64,000 nucleotides of DNA from a virus (lineage: Duplodnaviria > Caudoviricetes): IMG/VR virus record IMGVR_UViG_3300049381_000011, positions 1 through 64,000 of that record. One strand, given 5' to 3'. This document shows positions 61,918-64,000 of the stretch, in pieces. A model generated the notes under the pieces. That model made no database searches, was not told the DNA's origin, and saw only the letters and a program-made list of their open reading frames with translations. The position numbers and the translations under genes were made by a program. The stretch's first letter is position 1; every line of letters starts with the position of its first letter.

Positions 61918-61988
61918 TTGACGATTTACCGGCATACGTGTAGCGTGAACATCACCGGGCACTGGAGAGCCCCACCACGACCAGGGAG
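61918..61988 (+). promoter_or_regulatory. Phage-motif promoter (TTGACG-17-TAGCGT) plus hairpin GGGC-ACTGGAGA-GCCC and CCAGGGAG
   Basis: Direct inspection. Confidence 0.75.
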
Positions 61989-61993
61989 AGAAC

Positions 61994-62407
61994 ATGAACG
62001 ACATCGCCAACGCGGACCAGGCCACCAACCCGCTCGCAGCCCACCAGGCCGCCGCAACACACGCCGTACGGCTCGCCGCGCTGCTCCCGGCAGACGAGAT
62101 CCGCGGGCACTTCTACCGGCACGACGGCTCGCCGACCAACCGGTGGGCGCTCGTCACCCTGTACGCCAACAGCTGCGAGCACGCCGACCTGGCCGCGACG
62201 CTCAACCCGTCGCCGTGGGCCATGAAGATGCTGAACTGGGCGGTCCGCGCGCTGGCCGGAATGGTGGAGCGGTCCGGGGCGGTCGACCTGGCGCACATCG
62301 ACGCGCTGGCCGAGGACGCCGCTCGCGAAGAGGCGATGCTCGCGGCCGTCACGCCCGATCGGCCCCTTACTGGCATCTTCTCGACGCCGTGGCTTCCGAA
62401 CGTCTGA
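61994..62407 (+). CDS. Hypothetical protein
   Basis: Own promoter/SD. Confidence 0.65.
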   Translation: MNDIANADQATNPLAAHQAAATHAVRLAALLPADEIRGHFYRHDGSPTNRWALVTLYANSCEHADLAATLNPSPWAMKMLNWAVRALAGMVERSGAVDLAHIDALAEDAAREEAMLAAVTPDRPLTGIFSTPWLPNV

Positions 62408-62526
62408 TCCGCAGGCCGAAACACATCGCCGGGAGGCAGACGTGTCGGACGGTGGATCCGTCCCCGATGAGGCCATCGGTCCGTACCGCCAGGGCGCTGG
62501 AACGCCCACCCGACCAGGAGGAACGC

Positions 62527-63087
62527 ATGCCCCACACCACCACCCCGACGCTCGCCGAGCTGGCCACCACCATCAACACACTGTGGACCGGCCTGCCCGC
62601 CAACATCCGGAACGTCGAGGCTGGATTCCTGCGTACCGAGCTGGAGCTCGCGTCGCTGATCGCATCGGGCACCGTGACCGGCGTGAGCGCCGACGGCATC
62701 ACCACGCTGCAGCAGACCGCCGCGTACCTCCAGATGCGCCACGACGACGGGACCGTCGTCCCCCGGATGGCGCTGGCCACCATCACCGACCCGGAGCCTG
62801 CCGGCGAGTCGGTCATCTACACCCACCGCGCCACCGCCAAGCGCTTCGCCCTGGTCCACGTTGGCCGCGGCCGCCCGGTCATGGCAAAGGCCGGCGACCG
62901 GGTCGAGAACGCCGACGGAGCCGAGGTTGAGCTGTCCCCCGTCGCGGCGACGATCATCCCTGTCCCCGATGACCAGCCGACCTACATCGTCTGCCGGTTC
63001 ATCGACGAGGACGACGACGTCAACGATGAGGATGCGTACGTGAAAGCCCACGAATTCACCGGCCTGGTCTGGGTCGCGATCAACTGA
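62527..63087 (+). CDS. Hypothetical protein
   Basis: CUGGAA hairpin at 62492-62507 plus CCAGGAGG upstream. Confidence 0.65.
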   Translation: MPHTTTPTLAELATTINTLWTGLPANIRNVEAGFLRTELELASLIASGTVTGVSADGITTLQQTAAYLQMRHDDGTVVPRMALATITDPEPAGESVIYTHRATAKRFALVHVGRGRPVMAKAGDRVENADGAEVELSPVAATIIPVPDDQPTYIVCRFIDEDDDVNDEDAYVKAHEFTGLVWVAIN

Positions 63088-63174
63088 CCCGCCCCGCCCC
63101 GGCCTGCCGGACGGGCAAGTGCTCGTCCGGCAGGCCACCTGCACACCGAATCCGATTCGAGAGAGGTCAACCTG

Positions 63175-64000
63175 ATGCAGCCGACACAAACCGCTGATGC
63201 CGTCCCCGCCACGCAGACAACCGGCGAGGTAACCCTCCTACGCGCCGAGCTTGCACACACGCAGGAGATGCTCCGCGACGCACGCTCCATCACGATGCTG
63301 GAGCTCGCCAACCGTCTCGACCCCGGCCCGTCCGCCGGCCTGCCGGACGGGCTGAACGAAGTGGGTCGTATCGCGCTGGCCCGCGATCGAGGCCTGGCCG
63401 GCAATCTGCGCATGTGGGCACGTCAGCCCGGTGTGCTCGACAAGCCCTACGCGGCCGTCGGATTCCGTACCCAGCTGCTCGCCGCGCTCGCCGACCAGGA
63501 GACACACACCGGTCTGCGCCCGCTGCTGGCCGCCGCGCTGCACGTCCTGACCCAGTCGCCTGCTCTGGACCTGGTCCAGGAGCCGGCGAGCATCTACCGC
63601 CTGTCCAGCGATGCGCATGTCGTTGAGCTGATCGCCACAGCGATCCGCAAGCGGGAGAGGACCGCAGAGGAGATCACATCCGCCGAGCATGAGCTCGGCT
63701 ACCACAACGCGATCATGGGCTATCGGGACCTGGCCCGCGACATCCTGCGCGAGATCGACAAGACGGTCGCCGCCTTACCCACGGCCGCCAGCGTCGAGCA
63801 GAGCCACACTGTGCCCGAATCTGAGTCCGAGGAGCTGCCGCTGCCGACGCTGTACATCGACTGCCCGAGCTGTACAGACGAGGAAGCCACGAAGGCCAAC
63901 CATGCCGAGTGGCGGGCCTGGCACCTCAGCGAAGAGAAAGCACTCGCTTCTTACATCGAAGCCGGTGGCAGCCTCGCCGACTGGGAACGCAGCCCGGCAC
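63175..64000 (+). CDS. Hypothetical protein, truncated by window end
   Basis: GAGG SD, ATG 63175; frame appears open to the end. Confidence 0.55.
   Translation, partial: MQPTQTADAVPATQTTGEVTLLRAELAHTQEMLRDARSITMLELANRLDPGPSAGLPDGLNEVGRIALARDRGLAGNLRMWARQPGVLDKPYAAVGFRTQLLAALADQETHTGLRPLLAAALHVLTQSPALDLVQEPASIYRLSSDAHVVELIATAIRKRERTAEEITSAEHELGYHNAIMGYRDLARDILREIDKTVAALPTAASVEQSHTVPESESEELPLPTLYIDCPSCTDEEATKANHAEWRAWHLSEEKALASYIEAGGSLADWERSPA

Larger units (their letters stand above)
1..64000. mobile_element. Actinomycete siphovirus / prophage (possibly phage-plasmid), partial genome
   Basis: Terminase, portal, scaffold, capsid, major tail, frameshifted chaperone, tape measure and tail-tip genes in canonical order, plus replication/recombination genes; no host housekeeping genes. 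Confidence 0.95.

Noticed and set aside
59081-62521. Clustered CTGGAA repeats considered as a CRISPR or mini-array
   Set aside because: Irregular spacing of hundreds of bases with whole genes between, variable stems, no cas genes; they behave as gene leaders.

Overview
This window is a contiguous part of a very GC-rich actinomycete siphophage or prophage, possibly a phage-plasmid. The host is probably a filamentous actinomycete, judging from the WhiB and BldC homologues. No integrase, endolysin, tRNA or CRISPR array is recognisable in the window. Layout: (i) a leftward early/replication operon at 63-12076 with an HTH protein, J-domain protein, replication initiator with internal iterons, RHH protein, Sak4/AAA-type ATPase, YqaJ exonuclease, BldC-like protein and WhiB; (ii) a rightward cluster at 12280-15800 containing a ~590-nt ORF-poor, densely structured putative ncRNA with its own promoter; (iii) a leftward morphogenesis arm at 15864-58775 running from holin-like genes through tail tip, tape measure, tail, neck, head and portal to terminase, interrupted by accessory genes (PNKP, RNA ligase, Tad2/DUF2829, HIT, ART-like and Rmf-like proteins, and a peptide with clamp-binding motifs); (iv) a rightward array of small genes at 59120-64000. 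The strongest unexplained signals are: the large structured RNA; about 11 copies of a leader hairpin with variable stems and an almost invariant CUGGAA loop followed by CCAG plus the Shine-Dalgarno; about 13 copies of an extended TTATTGACGATTTA promoter motif; a 55-aa peptide with three beta-clamp-binding-like motifs; and two proteins that share a Cys/His N-terminal module, carry unrelated C-terminal domains and are each followed by a tiny partner ORF. All functional calls come from motif recognition by eye; no searches were run.
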